Part shown: positions 9,806-20,159 of the stretch, in pieces
Numbering within the stretch: the stretch's first letter is position 1
How the letters are laid out: every line of letters begins with the position of its first letter
NCBI GenBank assembly: GCA_044229975.1
Contig: JBGARZ010000003.1
Location: 128,001 to 192,000 of the forward strand
From: Polyangiales bacterium
GTDB taxonomy: Bacteria > Myxococcota_A > Polyangia > Polyangiales > Ga0077539
Length of the DNA: 64,000 nt
Direction: 5' to 3'
The notes under the pieces: generated by a model
What the model was told of the DNA's origin: nothing
Database searches by the model: none
Seen by the model: only the letters and a program-made list of their open reading frames with translations
Position numbers and translations under genes: made by a program

Positions 9806-11035
9806 TCAGCGCCGACCGCTCTTCCCCCCGCCCATGATCTGCGAGAGCGCCGCGAGGCCCGCCGTCAACGACGACAGGGTCTCGTCGAGGTGCGCCTTGC
9901 TCGCGCGGCCCTTGGCGGCCGCCCGCTTGGGCTTCGTCGGCTTCGCGACCTTCGGCACTTCGCGCGGCACTTCGACGCGAGGCGCCGGGGCCGCGACCAC
10001 CACGGGCTTCACCTCGCGCGCGACGCGGAGCGGGGCCACCTTGGTCGTCGCGCGGCTGCGCTCCAGCGCCGCCGTCGACGGCAACGCCGCGGGGGCCGCC
10101 GCCTTCTGCACGCCTTCGGGATAGACCCGCACGCCCGCCGGCGGTGTCGACACGTCCGTCCACCACGACGCGTCGGGCTGCGCGGCGTCCTCCGACTCCA
10201 CGGGAGGGAGGCCGAGGTCTTCGGCGTCGATGCCCCACGCGAGGCACGAGTGACGCTCCGCCTCGGACATCTCCGCGATGGGCTCGACCCGCGTGGCCCG
10301 ATGCGCGAAGCGACGAGGCTTCGCGGCACCCCGCGAGCGCCACGGACGATCACCGTGAACGTAGTCCTGCCCGAGCAGCCAGTGCCCCAGGAGGGCGCGC
10401 ATCCATTCGGAGGGGAGCACCAGTCGGCGCAGCGTCTGGGTGCCGCTCGCGCCCGGCGTCTGCGCCACCACGAGCAGGTCGAGCAGCTCGAACACCAGCT
10501 CGGTGTGATGCTCGGCGAGCAGCAGCATCGCCCGCGCGGCAGCGTCGCGGTGGGGACACGCCTGCTGGGACGGCGCCGGGCTCCAGACGGTGAGCGGCCC
10601 GCGCGGCGGCTCACGCGCGATGCACTCCTTGCACTGCTGGGCGCCCGCGCCGGGTGGCTTCAATCGACCACCGAAGCGGCTGCGCCACGTCGCGCGCAGG
10701 TCATCGATGACGGCCATGGGACCTGCGTCGAGGTCGAGCGGCCGGTCGCGCGTGACCCAGGTCGGGTGTTCGAAGAGCGAGTGTTGTGCGATGAGCACCC
10801 GCAGCCCTTCGGCGTACTCGCGGTCTTCGATCTGCGTGGCCCATTGGCGGTAATGCCAGCGGCGCAGGTCGAACTCGGCGGGCTCCTCGCCGCGCGGGGT
10901 GTGGATCAGGGTCGAGAGAAAGGTCCCGTGGCGGCGCACCTCGACGCGACCGGCGTCTCCGAGGTCGAGGGCGTACAGGTCACGCACCGGCACCGCGTAG
11001 GCAGGCTCGCGCGAGGTCTCCAGCTCAGGGATCAA
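9806..11035 (-). CDS. Hypothetical protein with degenerate SWIM-like zinc finger (SNF2 partner)
   Basis: 4-nt overlap with the SNF2 gene; CKEC-x22-CPHRDAAARAML resembles SWIM CxC-xn-CxH. Confidence 0.6.
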   Translation of the reverse strand: MIPELETSREPAYAVPVRDLYALDLGDAGRVEVRRHGTFLSTLIHTPRGEEPAEFDLRRWHYRQWATQIEDREYAEGLRVLIAQHSLFEHPTWVTRDRPLDLDAGPMAVIDDLRATWRSRFGGRLKPPGAGAQQCKECIAREPPRGPLTVWSPAPSQQACPHRDAAARAMLLLAEHHTELVFELLDLLVVAQTPGASGTQTLRRLVLPSEWMRALLGHWLLGQDYVHGDRPWRSRGAAKPRRFAHRATRVEPIAEMSEAERHSCLAWGIDAEDLGLPPVESEDAAQPDASWWTDVSTPPAGVRVYPEGVQKAAAPAALPSTAALERSRATTKVAPLRVAREVKPVVVAAPAPRVEVPREVPKVAKPTKPKRAAAKGRASKAHLDETLSSLTAGLAALSQIMGGGKSGRR

Positions 11036-14000
11036 CTCTCTGCTCCGTCTTCGTCGATCTCGTCGAGCGTCAGGAAGTCCTTCAGCTCACGGTCGCTCAT
11101 CTCGGTGACCCAGGTCTCGCCCGCGTCGGAGAGCACCTCGGCCGCGAGCGACCGCTTCTCTTCCAACATCTTCTGGATGCGCTCTTCCAGGGTGCCCGTG
11201 GTCACGAACTTGTAGACATTGACCGGTCGCGTCTGGCCGATGCGGTGCGCGCGGTCGGTGGCCTGATCTTCGACGGCGGGGTTCCACCAGCGGTCATAGT
11301 GGATGACGGCCGTGGCACGAACGAGGTTGAGCCCGGTGCCGCCCGCCTTCAACGAGAGAATCAGCACGGGCTCGCCGTCCTCGGAGCGAAACGCGTCGAG
11401 CATGGCCTCGCGCTCCTTGGGCGAGAGACCACCGTGGAAGAAGGGCACCTCTCGCTTGAACTTCTGCTCGATGGCGGCCTGCAACAGCTCACCCATCTCC
11501 CGGTATTGGGTAAACACCAGCGTGGGCTGTCCCTGGTCGATGAGCTCCTCCAACAACTCGATGCACCGATCGAGCTTGCTCGAACGGCCCAACAGCCGCT
11601 CGGGCTCCTCTTCGGTGTAGTTCTCCGGGTGGTTGCAGATCTGCTTGAGCCCGGTGAGCGCCGCAAGAATCGACGCGCGCCGCCCCATCCCGGTGCCGCC
11701 CTTCACCTTCTCGAAGGTCACCTCGGTGAGGGCCCGATACAGAGCCGCCTGCTCACGGGTCAGGCCACACTCGACGATCTGCTCGGTGCGCGCCGGGAGA
11801 TCACCCGCCACCTCGGGATCGCGCTTGCTCCGACGCAGCATGAAGGGCGTCACCCGTCGCCGCAGCCGCGACATGGCCGTCTCCTCGCCGCGCCGCAGCG
11901 GCTCAAGAAACGACCGCGAGAACCGCGTCGGCCCGCCCAGCAGCCCGGGCATCACGAGGTCGAAGATCGACCAGAGGTCGCGCAGGTGGTTTTCCACCGG
12001 CGTACCCGTGAGCGCCAGGCGCCGCGCCGCGCGCAGCCCCTTGAGCACCTGGGTCTGCTGGGCCAGCGGGTTCTTCACGTGCTGGGCTTCATCGACGATG
12101 AGGATGTTCCACCGGTGCTCTTCAAAGAGGACGCGGTCGCGTCTCAAGAGGGCATAGCTGGTGACCATCACGTCATGGGTGCGGACCACCTCGGCGAAGC
12201 GCTTCGGATCGGTCTCCCGCGAAGCCTCCTGGTGCATGTACACCTTGAGCTTCGGAGCAAAACGGCGGGCTTCCTTCACCCAGTTGTGCACCACCGAGGT
12301 GGGACACACGACGAGGTCAGGCGCCTTGGGCTTCTTCGGAGCACCCTGCCGACGGTGATGCCACAAGAGCGCCAGCACCTGAACGGTCTTGCCCAGACCC
12401 ATGTCGTCCGCAAGGCAGGCGCCCAGGCCGAACGAAGTGATCTGGTCCATCCAGCTCAGGCCCCGGAGCTGGTACGGGCGGAGCGTCCCCTGGAAGCCCG
12501 GCGGCGTCTCCGTCAACCGACTCGCGCTGCCCGACGCGAGCCTCTCCAGGAAGCTCTCCCACTGCGCGGCAAACACCGACTCCAGGCGCGCGGCGTCGCG
12601 GGTCGCGGTCCACTCGTCTTCGAGCTGATTGACGTCCTGCCAGCCGAGCGAGCCGCCCTTCATCAAGCGGTCGAGCACCTTGCGACGCGCGAGCGCCAGC
12701 TCCAGCACCGCCTCCAGATCACTCCGCGGAACGGCCCTCCGACCAATCCGAAGAATGGCCCCGTCCGATGACTCCAGGAGTGCCTTGGCGCTCTCGGGAG
12801 AGAGCTCGTCCTCTCCCAGCACCACGGTGAGCTCTGGCACGAAGCGCAGCATCGCGAGGCCGCCCTCGCCCAGCTGCTGCTCCAGCGCATCGTCGTTGAC
12901 GGGGCTCCACTTCACCCGCAGCCGCGCGCTCTGGGTGTTGCCGAGAGAGACGCTGAAGAGCACCGGCTCGCGACCGCGGCTCGGCGCCTCCATGTTGAGA
13001 ACCCGATAGACCTTCTCCGTTGGTCTTCCGTGAATGGGCGCGAGGCCCGCCACCACGGACATCTCGGCCTCCGTCAACGGACTGCGGCCATCGCGGAGGA
13101 GCTCGGGGCGCGCGGCGAGGTACGGGCGCTGCTCCAGCAGGCCCTCCCAGTCGCGGTAGGCGACGCTCGCGGGGAAGCGTCGCACGGTCTCGTCGGGGCC
13201 CTCGATGAGCGGGTCGCGCATCGACTCCTGCTTGAAGAGTCCGAAGAGCGGCACCGCGGGGCCCTCTCCGATCAACGCCATCTCCATCTGCCATGGATGA
13301 TCGGACTTCATGATGTCCGATGGGGCGATGACGCCGTGGAGGTGGGACTGCGACGGCAGGACGGCCGGGCGCCACACGTCGTGGTTGGGATGCAGGCAGC
13401 TCCCGAAGGAGGCGTGCAACGAGGCGAGCACCTCGGCCTTCAGGGGCGCCGGGCGCTGGGCAGCAGGAGGGTCGGCGGACTCCGGCGTCGCGGCGGACAG
13501 GGCCTCGACCGCGAAGCGCGCGAAGGGGGCGGTCTCGTTGGGCGCGACGAGGGGCTGGGTGCGAAACTCGTGGGCCCGGACACACCACGCGTGGACCGCG
13601 CCGAGGGTGGGACACCCGACGAGCAAGCGCCGGAAGCTCATCAGGGTGTTGAGCGAGACCGGCGGGATCCACTTCAGGGGAGAGTGGTCAGGGAGCGCCG
13701 GGAGCCGGGTGGGGAGGAGGTTGCCGTGAGAGAAGCAGTCGTGGAGCAGGTCGAGGGCGTCGAGGGTGACGAAGCAACCTGGACTGGAGAGCGCCGCGCC
13801 GTGGCGTTTGGTCCATGCGCGCAAGAAGGGGCGGAGGTGCGTCAGGGCCTGCGCGGCGGGCACCACCCAACCGACGATGTGATAGGGCCCCTCACCCACG
13901 GCGCGCCGCGGAAACTCCGCGCGGTCGGTGTCGAGCTCGCGGAGATGACCGGGCAACGGCACCGGGTGATGACTGGTGAGACGCGGAAAGGGTGCCGCGA

Positions 14001-14199
14001 GGAACATCTCGCGATATCCGCTCGGGACGAAGTTGGGTCGGCGTCGCACGCAGCCGGGGTGGGACGGCACGACGAAGTTGTCCGATGGCTGCCATCGCGA
14101 CAACGACGCCGGGTCTTCATACCGCTCAAAGGAGATGGAGAACGCCAGCGAGGTGCCGGCCGGGACGAGGTGGATGTGCAGTGCGAGAGGGGTGTCCAA
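11032..14199 (-). CDS. SNF2-family (DEAQ) ATPase, YwqA/DUF3670-like
   Basis: LRPYQ, LADDMGLGKT, DEAQ, TGTPVEN, SLKAGGTGLNL, WWNPAVEDQATDRAHRIGQ; start codon uncertain. Confidence 0.93.
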   Translation of the reverse strand: MDTPLALHIHLVPAGTSLAFSISFERYEDPASLSRWQPSDNFVVPSHPGCVRRRPNFVPSGYREMFLAAPFPRLTSHHPVPLPGHLRELDTDRAEFPRRAVGEGPYHIVGWVVPAAQALTHLRPFLRAWTKRHGAALSSPGCFVTLDALDLLHDCFSHGNLLPTRLPALPDHSPLKWIPPVSLNTLMSFRRLLVGCPTLGAVHAWCVRAHEFRTQPLVAPNETAPFARFAVEALSAATPESADPPAAQRPAPLKAEVLASLHASFGSCLHPNHDVWRPAVLPSQSHLHGVIAPSDIMKSDHPWQMEMALIGEGPAVPLFGLFKQESMRDPLIEGPDETVRRFPASVAYRDWEGLLEQRPYLAARPELLRDGRSPLTEAEMSVVAGLAPIHGRPTEKVYRVLNMEAPSRGREPVLFSVSLGNTQSARLRVKWSPVNDDALEQQLGEGGLAMLRFVPELTVVLGEDELSPESAKALLESSDGAILRIGRRAVPRSDLEAVLELALARRKVLDRLMKGGSLGWQDVNQLEDEWTATRDAARLESVFAAQWESFLERLASGSASRLTETPPGFQGTLRPYQLRGLSWMDQITSFGLGACLADDMGLGKTVQVLALLWHHRRQGAPKKPKAPDLVVCPTSVVHNWVKEARRFAPKLKVYMHQEASRETDPKRFAEVVRTHDVMVTSYALLRRDRVLFEEHRWNILIVDEAQHVKNPLAQQTQVLKGLRAARRLALTGTPVENHLRDLWSIFDLVMPGLLGGPTRFSRSFLEPLRRGEETAMSRLRRRVTPFMLRRSKRDPEVAGDLPARTEQIVECGLTREQAALYRALTEVTFEKVKGGTGMGRRASILAALTGLKQICNHPENYTEEEPERLLGRSSKLDRCIELLEELIDQGQPTLVFTQYREMGELLQAAIEQKFKREVPFFHGGLSPKEREAMLDAFRSEDGEPVLILSLKAGGTGLNLVRATAVIHYDRWWNPAVEDQATDRAHRIGQTRPVNVYKFVTTGTLEERIQKMLEEKRSLAAEVLSDAGETWVTEMSDRELKDFLTLDEIDEDGAES

Positions 14200-14229
14200 G
14201 ACGGTTCGATCGGGCTCGTGAGACGGAAG

Positions 14230-14314
14230 AGGAGGAGGAGGGATTCGAACCCCCGGCAGGTTTCCCTACGGCGGTTTTCAAAACCGCTGCCATAGACCAC
14301 TCGGCCACTCCTCC
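14230..14314 (-). tRNA. tRNA-Ser (anticodon TGA)
   Basis: Acceptor GGAGGAG/CTCCTCC, anticodon arm GCGGT-TTTGAAA-ACCGC, long variable arm, T-loop GTTCGAATC; CCA not encoded. Confidence 0.95.
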
Positions 14315-14442
14315 GGGACGGATCATGCGCAGCGACGGGTAGGTCGCACCGGAGAACGCACCTTCTGGACGATCACCGCGGTGCTGTCAACCGTCCTGCG
14401 CGTCGCATACACCGTAGGACAAGGCTTGAATGGGCCTCGAAC

Positions 14443-15276
14443 CTACTCACGCTTCGACGCCTCGCTGAGCCTCCCCAGCGCCTCGATGGTCAGCGTCTCG
14501 GGTCGCACTCCAGGGTCGATGCCCGCGGCTTCGCACACGGCCGCCGAGCGCTCGCGCCCCACCACCGAAGCGAGCCCGTTGCGCAGGGTCTTCCGCCGGG
14601 CGGCGAAGAGCGCGTGCACCACCTGTCGGAAGCGGCCGTCCTCCACCGCGAGCGGCGTCGCGCGAGGCGTGAGGCGCACCACCGTCGAGTGCACCCTCGG
14701 CGCAGGGTGGAAGCACCCGGGCGCGGCGTTGCAGACCTTCTCCACCGCGCAGGCCGCCTGGGTGAACACCGACAGCGCACCCCAGTCGTCATCACCCGGC
14801 GTGGCCGCCAGGCGCTTCGCCACCTCCTGCTGCACCATCACCACCGCGACGCGCCAGCCGGGGGTCTCGACGAGCGCTCGAATGAGCTTCCCGGTGATCT
14901 GGTACGGGAGGTTGCCCACGACGGCCGTCGGGCCCTGCGCATACACGGCGGCGTAATCGAAGGTGGCGGCGTCGGCCTCGACGAGGGAGACGTTGGTCGG
15001 CAGCGGGTCTGCGGTGAGGGCCGCCACGAGGTCGCGGTCGCGCTCGATGGCGATGACGGCGTGGGCGCTCGGGGCGAGGCAGCGCGCGAGGGTGCCGGTG
15101 CCGGTTCCGATCTCGACGATGGTCTCGCCGGGGAGCGCGCCGACGGCATCGACGATGGAGCGCACCACGTGGGGCGACACGAGGAAGCACTGGCCGAAGC
15201 TGTCCTTGGGGCGGAGCTTGTGGCGGGAGAGGAAGGTGCGGGGGTCGAGCCAGCCGGCGGGGGGTGTGGGGTCCAT
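14443..15276 (-). CDS. rsmA: 16S rRNA adenine dimethyltransferase RsmA/KsgA
   Basis: FGQCFL, EIGTGTG, GNLPY, MVQQEVA, FHPAPRVHS, RRKTLRN. Confidence 0.95.
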   Translation of the reverse strand: MDPTPPAGWLDPRTFLSRHKLRPKDSFGQCFLVSPHVVRSIVDAVGALPGETIVEIGTGTGTLARCLAPSAHAVIAIERDRDLVAALTADPLPTNVSLVEADAATFDYAAVYAQGPTAVVGNLPYQITGKLIRALVETPGWRVAVVMVQQEVAKRLAATPGDDDWGALSVFTQAACAVEKVCNAAPGCFHPAPRVHSTVVRLTPRATPLAVEDGRFRQVVHALFAARRKTLRNGLASVVGRERSAAVCEAAGIDPGVRPETLTIEALGRLSEASKRE

Positions 15277-15285
15277 GGGGGTGGA

Positions 15286-17223
15286 TCAGAGCTCGATCTG
15301 GGTGCCGAGCTCGACGACGCGGTTGGGGGGAATGTTGAAGAAGGCGTTGGCGGGCCGCGCGTTGCGCGAGAGAAACGCGAAGAGCCCTTTGCGCCACGCC
15401 GAGAGGTCGGCGCGACCGGTGAGCAGGAGGGTCTCGCGGCCCAGGTAGAAGCTGGTGTCGGCTTCGTTGAGGTCGACGCCCTGGCGACGACACACGGCCA
15501 GCACGTCGAGCACGTTGGGCATCTGCATGAACCCGAAGAACGCCGTCACCTGGAAGAACCCTTCACCCAGGTCGTTGACCTTCACGCGCTCGCTCTCGGG
15601 CACCTCGGGCACGTGCTGCGTCTGCACCGACAGCAGGATGACCCGCTCGTGGAGCACCTTGTTGTGCTTGAAGTGGTGCAGCAGCACCGGCGGCGCGCCG
15701 TCGGGGTTGGACGTCATGAACACCGCGGTGCCCTTCACCCGCGGGGGCTGCTGGAGCCGCACGTCGTCCATGAAGAGCTTGATGTCGAGGGTGTTGGCGA
15801 TGATGTAGCGACCGAGCGCGGCGCGGCCCTTCTTCCAGGTGGTCATCACCGTGAAGAGCAGCGCGGCCGTGACGAGCGGCAGCCATCCCCCTTGGAGCAC
15901 CTTGATGACGTTGGCGCTGAAGAAGGTCACGTCGACGACGAGGAAGAGCGCGACGAGGCTCGCGGCCTTCGGGCGGCTCCAGCCCCAGCGCATGCGAGCG
16001 ACCACGTAGAAGAGCAGCGAGGTGATGGTCATCGTTCCGGTCACGGCGATGCCGTAGGCCGCGGCGAGGGCCGACGAGCTGCGGAAGCCGAGCACCAGCG
16101 CGATGCACGACACCATGAGGAAGGTGTTGACCTCGGGGACGTAGATCTGGCCCTCGGCCTCGCCCGACGTGTGGACGATGGTCATGCGCGGGCAGTACCC
16201 GAGCTGCACCGCCTGCTGGGTGAGCGAGTAGGCACCCGAGATGAGGGCCTGCGAGGCGACCACGGTGGCGATGGTGGCGATGCCCACGAGCGGGAGCACC
16301 GCCCAGCTCGGGGCGAGGTCGAAGAACGGATTGACGCTCCGCCCGCGCTCGATGAGCAGAGCGCCCTGCCCGAAGTAGTTGAGGAGCAGCGCCGGCAGCA
16401 CGACGGAGAACCACGCGTAGCGGATGGGCTTGCGACCGAAGTGCCCCATGTCGGCGTAGAGGGCCTCGCCGCCGGTGATGCAGAGCACCACCGAGCCGAG
16501 CACCAGGAAGCCGTGGGCGCCGTGATGGAGGAGGAAGCGCGCGCCGTGCAGCGGGTTGACGGCGCCGAGCACCTCCGGGCGGCGGAGGATCCACGGGAGG
16601 CCCGCGGCGCTGATGGCGACGAACCACACGAGCGTGGCGGGTCCGAAGATGGCGCCGACCTTGGCGGTGCCGCGCTTCTGCATCGAGAAGATGCCGATGA
16701 GGATGGCGATGGTGACGGGGATGATGAAGCGGTCGACCGCGGAGGTGGCGACCTTGATGCCTTCGACGGCGGAGAGCACGGAGATGGCCGGGGTGATGAG
16801 CCCTTCGCCGTAGAGCAGCGCGGCGCCGAAGAGGCCCAGCGTGACGAGCACCACCCGTCGCGTGGATTTGCGAAACGAGCTCGGGTCGTCGCGCGGATTG
16901 ACCAGGGCGAGGAGCGCGAGGATGCCGCCCTCGCCGTGGTTGTCGGCGCGCGTGATGAACGTGATGTACTTCACCACGATCACGAGGATGAGGGCCCAGA
17001 ACACCAGCGAGAGCACGCCGAGGACGTTGGCCGTCGAGACGGCGAGGCCGTGCTCGTGGGCGAAGCACTCCCGGAGGGCGTAGAGCGGGGACGTCCCGAT
17101 GTCGCCGTAGACGACCCCCAGCGCGGCGAGGGCGAGCCTGGGGAGCTTGTCGCTCGCGCCCCCGTGGGCGTGGCCCGCGTGGGCATGGCTGGCGGCGTGC
17201 GGGTCGACGGAGGGCTGGGTCAT
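15286..17223 (-). CDS. kup: Potassium transporter Kup
   Basis: GVVYGDIGTSPLY, GEGG, EALYADMGHF, AYGIAV; C-terminus VVELGTQIEL. Confidence 0.96.
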   Translation of the reverse strand: MTQPSVDPHAASHAHAGHAHGGASDKLPRLALAALGVVYGDIGTSPLYALRECFAHEHGLAVSTANVLGVLSLVFWALILVIVVKYITFITRADNHGEGGILALLALVNPRDDPSSFRKSTRRVVLVTLGLFGAALLYGEGLITPAISVLSAVEGIKVATSAVDRFIIPVTIAILIGIFSMQKRGTAKVGAIFGPATLVWFVAISAAGLPWILRRPEVLGAVNPLHGARFLLHHGAHGFLVLGSVVLCITGGEALYADMGHFGRKPIRYAWFSVVLPALLLNYFGQGALLIERGRSVNPFFDLAPSWAVLPLVGIATIATVVASQALISGAYSLTQQAVQLGYCPRMTIVHTSGEAEGQIYVPEVNTFLMVSCIALVLGFRSSSALAAAYGIAVTGTMTITSLLFYVVARMRWGWSRPKAASLVALFLVVDVTFFSANVIKVLQGGWLPLVTAALLFTVMTTWKKGRAALGRYIIANTLDIKLFMDDVRLQQPPRVKGTAVFMTSNPDGAPPVLLHHFKHNKVLHERVILLSVQTQHVPEVPESERVKVNDLGEGFFQVTAFFGFMQMPNVLDVLAVCRRQGVDLNEADTSFYLGRETLLLTGRADLSAWRKGLFAFLSRNARPANAFFNIPPNRVVELGTQIEL

Positions 17224-17279
17224 GGGGTGGGGGTTTAGGCCGGGACGAGGAGGTGCGGCGCCGCGCGGGCGCCCCGCGA

Positions 17280-17855
17280 TCAACCGTTGGCGGACGCGCG
17301 GAAGAAGTCGACGCGCTGGATGGTCGCGGCGGCGAGGTCGTTGGGCCGGTCGCGCGCGCCGCGCGGGAGGTTGGCGATGCGGTTGACCACCTCCATGCCG
17401 CGCACGACGAAGCCAAACACCGAGTGCTTGTCGTTGAGGTGCGGCGTCGGACCTTCGGTGATGAAGAACTGCGACCCGTTGGTGGCCGGGCCCGAGTTGG
17501 CCATGGAGAGCACGCCCGCGCGATCGTGGCGGAGGTTGCGGTCGAACTCGTCGCCGAAGCGATAGCCGGGGTTGCCGGTGCCGGTGCCCTGGGGGCAGCC
17601 GCCCTGGATCATGAAGCCCGGGATGAGCCGGTGGAAGAAGAGCCCGTCGTAGAAGGGACGGTTGGCGGGCGCGCCGGTCTTCGGGTCGTCGAAGGTCTGG
17701 GCGCCCGTCGCGAGGCCGACGAAGTTCTTCACCGTGTTGGGCGCGAGCTTCTCCTCCAGACGGATGATGATCTCGCCCTGGGCCGTGGTGAAGCGGGCGA
17801 AGAGATCACCCTCGCCGGGGACGGTGATCGCAGGAAACGTTGCGGACTGTGCCAT
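17280..17855 (-). CDS. Cyclophilin-type peptidyl-prolyl isomerase
   Basis: FHRLIPGFMIQGG, LSMANSG, NGSQFFIT, HSVFG. Confidence 0.95.
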   Translation of the reverse strand: MAQSATFPAITVPGEGDLFARFTTAQGEIIIRLEEKLAPNTVKNFVGLATGAQTFDDPKTGAPANRPFYDGLFFHRLIPGFMIQGGCPQGTGTGNPGYRFGDEFDRNLRHDRAGVLSMANSGPATNGSQFFITEGPTPHLNDKHSVFGFVVRGMEVVNRIANLPRGARDRPNDLAAATIQRVDFFRASANG

Positions 17856-17926
17856 GGCTCGTGCTGCTCCTTCCGCGAGGATGTTCGCGATGGGGCGACG
17901 TCTCTACCACGGCGCCCGACGCGCCG

Positions 17927-20116
17927 TCACCGCGGCTTCTTGCGGCGCGTGGGCACCCTCGGGGGCGCCGGAATCTCGGGCACCGGCAAGACGACCGGCG
18001 CCTCGTTGGGCATCGCGCGGAAGGGCGTCGGCGGCACCGACCACACCGCCGCGCGGGCGCGCTCCTTGGCGCGCTCCATGAACTTCGCCTGCGAGCGTCG
18101 CGGTGCTTCGCCCTCGGCGGGCGAGCGGCGGCGGTAGCTTCCGTCGGCGGCCATGTCGCGCGCCTTCACGTTGTCGGCGAGCTGCGCGCCCAGGAGATCG
18201 TTGATGATCCACTGCCGGATGGTCGGGTCCTCGATGGGAAACATCACCTCGACGCGGCGGATGAAGTTGCGGGGCATCCAGTCGGCCGACGAGAGGTAGA
18301 CCTCGGGCTCTCCTCCGTTGGTCATGGAGAAGATCCGCGTGTGTTCGAGGAAGCGGTCGACGATCGAGATGACCCGGATGCGGTCGCTCACGCCGGGCAG
18401 CCCCGGACGCAGGCAGCACACGCCGCGGATGATCAGGTCGACGGGCACGCCTGCCTGCGACGCCTCGTAGAGCGCCGTGATGACCTTCTCGTCGACGAGC
18501 GAGTTGAGCTTCGCGACGATGCGCGCGGGGCGGCCGTTGCGGGCGTGCTCGGCCTCGCGCCCGATGAGCTCGATGACCCGCTCACGGAGGTTGAGCGGCG
18601 CGACGGCCAGGCGCTTCCACGACGGGGGCTCGCAGTAGCCGGTGAGGAGGTTGAAGAGCGCCGTGGCGTCCTCGCCGATCTCCGGTCGCGAGGTGAAGAA
18701 GCTGAGGTCGGTGTAGAGCTTCGCGCTGATGGGGTTGTAGTTGCCCGTCGAGAGGTGGACGTACCGGCGCAGGCCCGGCGCCTCGCGGCGGACGATGAGG
18801 CAGACCTTCGCGTGGGTCTTGAGGCCGAGCACCCCGTACACGACGTGCACGCCGGACTCTTCGAGCGCGCGGGCCCACTTGATGTTGGCCTCCTCGTCGA
18901 AGCGGGCCTTCAGCTCGACGAGGGCGGTGACCTGCTTGCCGTTCTCGGCGGCGCGCGCGAGCGTGCGGACGAGCGGGGAGTTGGCGCCCGCGCGGTAGAG
19001 CGTGATCTTGATGGCGAGCACCTTCGGGTCGTCGGCGGCGCGCGCGATGAAGTCGCTGACGGAATCGAAGCTCTCGAAGGGGTGATGCAGGATGACGTCG
19101 CGCTCGGAGAGCAGCGTGAAGGGGTCTTCGGCGTCGCGGAACGGCGGCACCACCTGCGGGGTGAAGGGCTCGTCGTGGAGCTCGGGCCGGTCGTCGCCCG
19201 ACGCGATGGACATCAGGTCGCCGAGGTGGAGCGGACCTTCGACGGCGTAGATGTCGCCTTCGTCCAGACGCAGAACGTGGCGCAGCAGCGCAAGGAACCG
19301 CGGGTCGGCGCCGGCCGAGACTTCGAGGCGGACGGCATTGCCGCGGTCACGGCGACGGAGTTCTTGCTGGATGGTGGCGAGGAGGTCGTCGGCCTCTTCC
19401 TCGTCGATCTCGAGGTCCCAATTGCGGGTGACGCGGAAGGGGGCGACGGAGACGATCTTCCGGCCCGGGAAGAGCAACCCGAGGTTGCGGGCGATGACGT
19501 CTTCGAGGAAGAGCCACGCGCGGCCCGAGTTGCCGACCCCCGACGACACGAGGCGCGCGGAGATCTGCGGCACCTGCACGACGGCGAAGCCGATGCCCGA
19601 CTCGTCGCGGTTGGACTCGAACACGATGCCGAGGTTGATGGACTTGTTCTTGAGGTGCGGAAACGGGTGCCCCGGATCGATGACCAGCGGCGTGAGGACG
19701 GGGTAGATATCCTGGCGAAAGTACGCCTCGATCCGGTGGGCGATCTCGGGGCTGGTCTCGCGCTCACCGAGCTGGATGCCCGCGGCCTCCAGTGCTGGAC
19801 GCAGGTGGTCGCAGTAGAGGGAGTACTGGTCCTTCACGAGGCGGTGGGTGCGCTCGGTGATGGCGTTGAGCTGGGCGCGCGGGTTGCGGCCGTCGGCGGT
19901 GAGCTCGACCACGTCGCCCGCGAGCTGCTGCTTCACGCCCGCCACGCGGATCATGAAGAACTCGTCGAGGTTGGTCGCGACGATGGAGACGAACTTCACC
20001 CGATCGAGCAGCGGCACCGTCGGGTCGGCCGCCTCGTCGAGGACGCGCTGGTTGAACTCCAGCCAGGACAGTTCGCGGTTGATGAAGAGCTGAGGGTCGA
20101 AGGAGGGTTCGGTCAC
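17927..20116 (-). CDS. ppk1: Polyphosphate kinase 1
   Basis: NRELSWLEFNQRVL, NLDEFF, ELKARFDE, KTHAK, TGNYN, FLEH, SADWM. Confidence 0.97.
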   Translation of the reverse strand: MTEPSFDPQLFINRELSWLEFNQRVLDEAADPTVPLLDRVKFVSIVATNLDEFFMIRVAGVKQQLAGDVVELTADGRNPRAQLNAITERTHRLVKDQYSLYCDHLRPALEAAGIQLGERETSPEIAHRIEAYFRQDIYPVLTPLVIDPGHPFPHLKNKSINLGIVFESNRDESGIGFAVVQVPQISARLVSSGVGNSGRAWLFLEDVIARNLGLLFPGRKIVSVAPFRVTRNWDLEIDEEEADDLLATIQQELRRRDRGNAVRLEVSAGADPRFLALLRHVLRLDEGDIYAVEGPLHLGDLMSIASGDDRPELHDEPFTPQVVPPFRDAEDPFTLLSERDVILHHPFESFDSVSDFIARAADDPKVLAIKITLYRAGANSPLVRTLARAAENGKQVTALVELKARFDEEANIKWARALEESGVHVVYGVLGLKTHAKVCLIVRREAPGLRRYVHLSTGNYNPISAKLYTDLSFFTSRPEIGEDATALFNLLTGYCEPPSWKRLAVAPLNLRERVIELIGREAEHARNGRPARIVAKLNSLVDEKVITALYEASQAGVPVDLIIRGVCCLRPGLPGVSDRIRVISIVDRFLEHTRIFSMTNGGEPEVYLSSADWMPRNFIRRVEVMFPIEDPTIRQWIINDLLGAQLADNVKARDMAADGSYRRRSPAEGEAPRRSQAKFMERAKERARAAVWSVPPTPFRAMPNEAPVVLPVPEIPAPPRVPTRRKKPR

Positions 20117-20159
20117 GGAGGCGCTCCCGGCGCGGGGAAGGCGGTCGCTGGCCGCAAGG

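Noticed and set aside
9806..14314. Intact integrative element or prophage at tRNA-Ser (or at tRNA-Thr)
   Set aside because: No integrase, and I found no duplicated tRNA 3' end (att site) in the window by eye.
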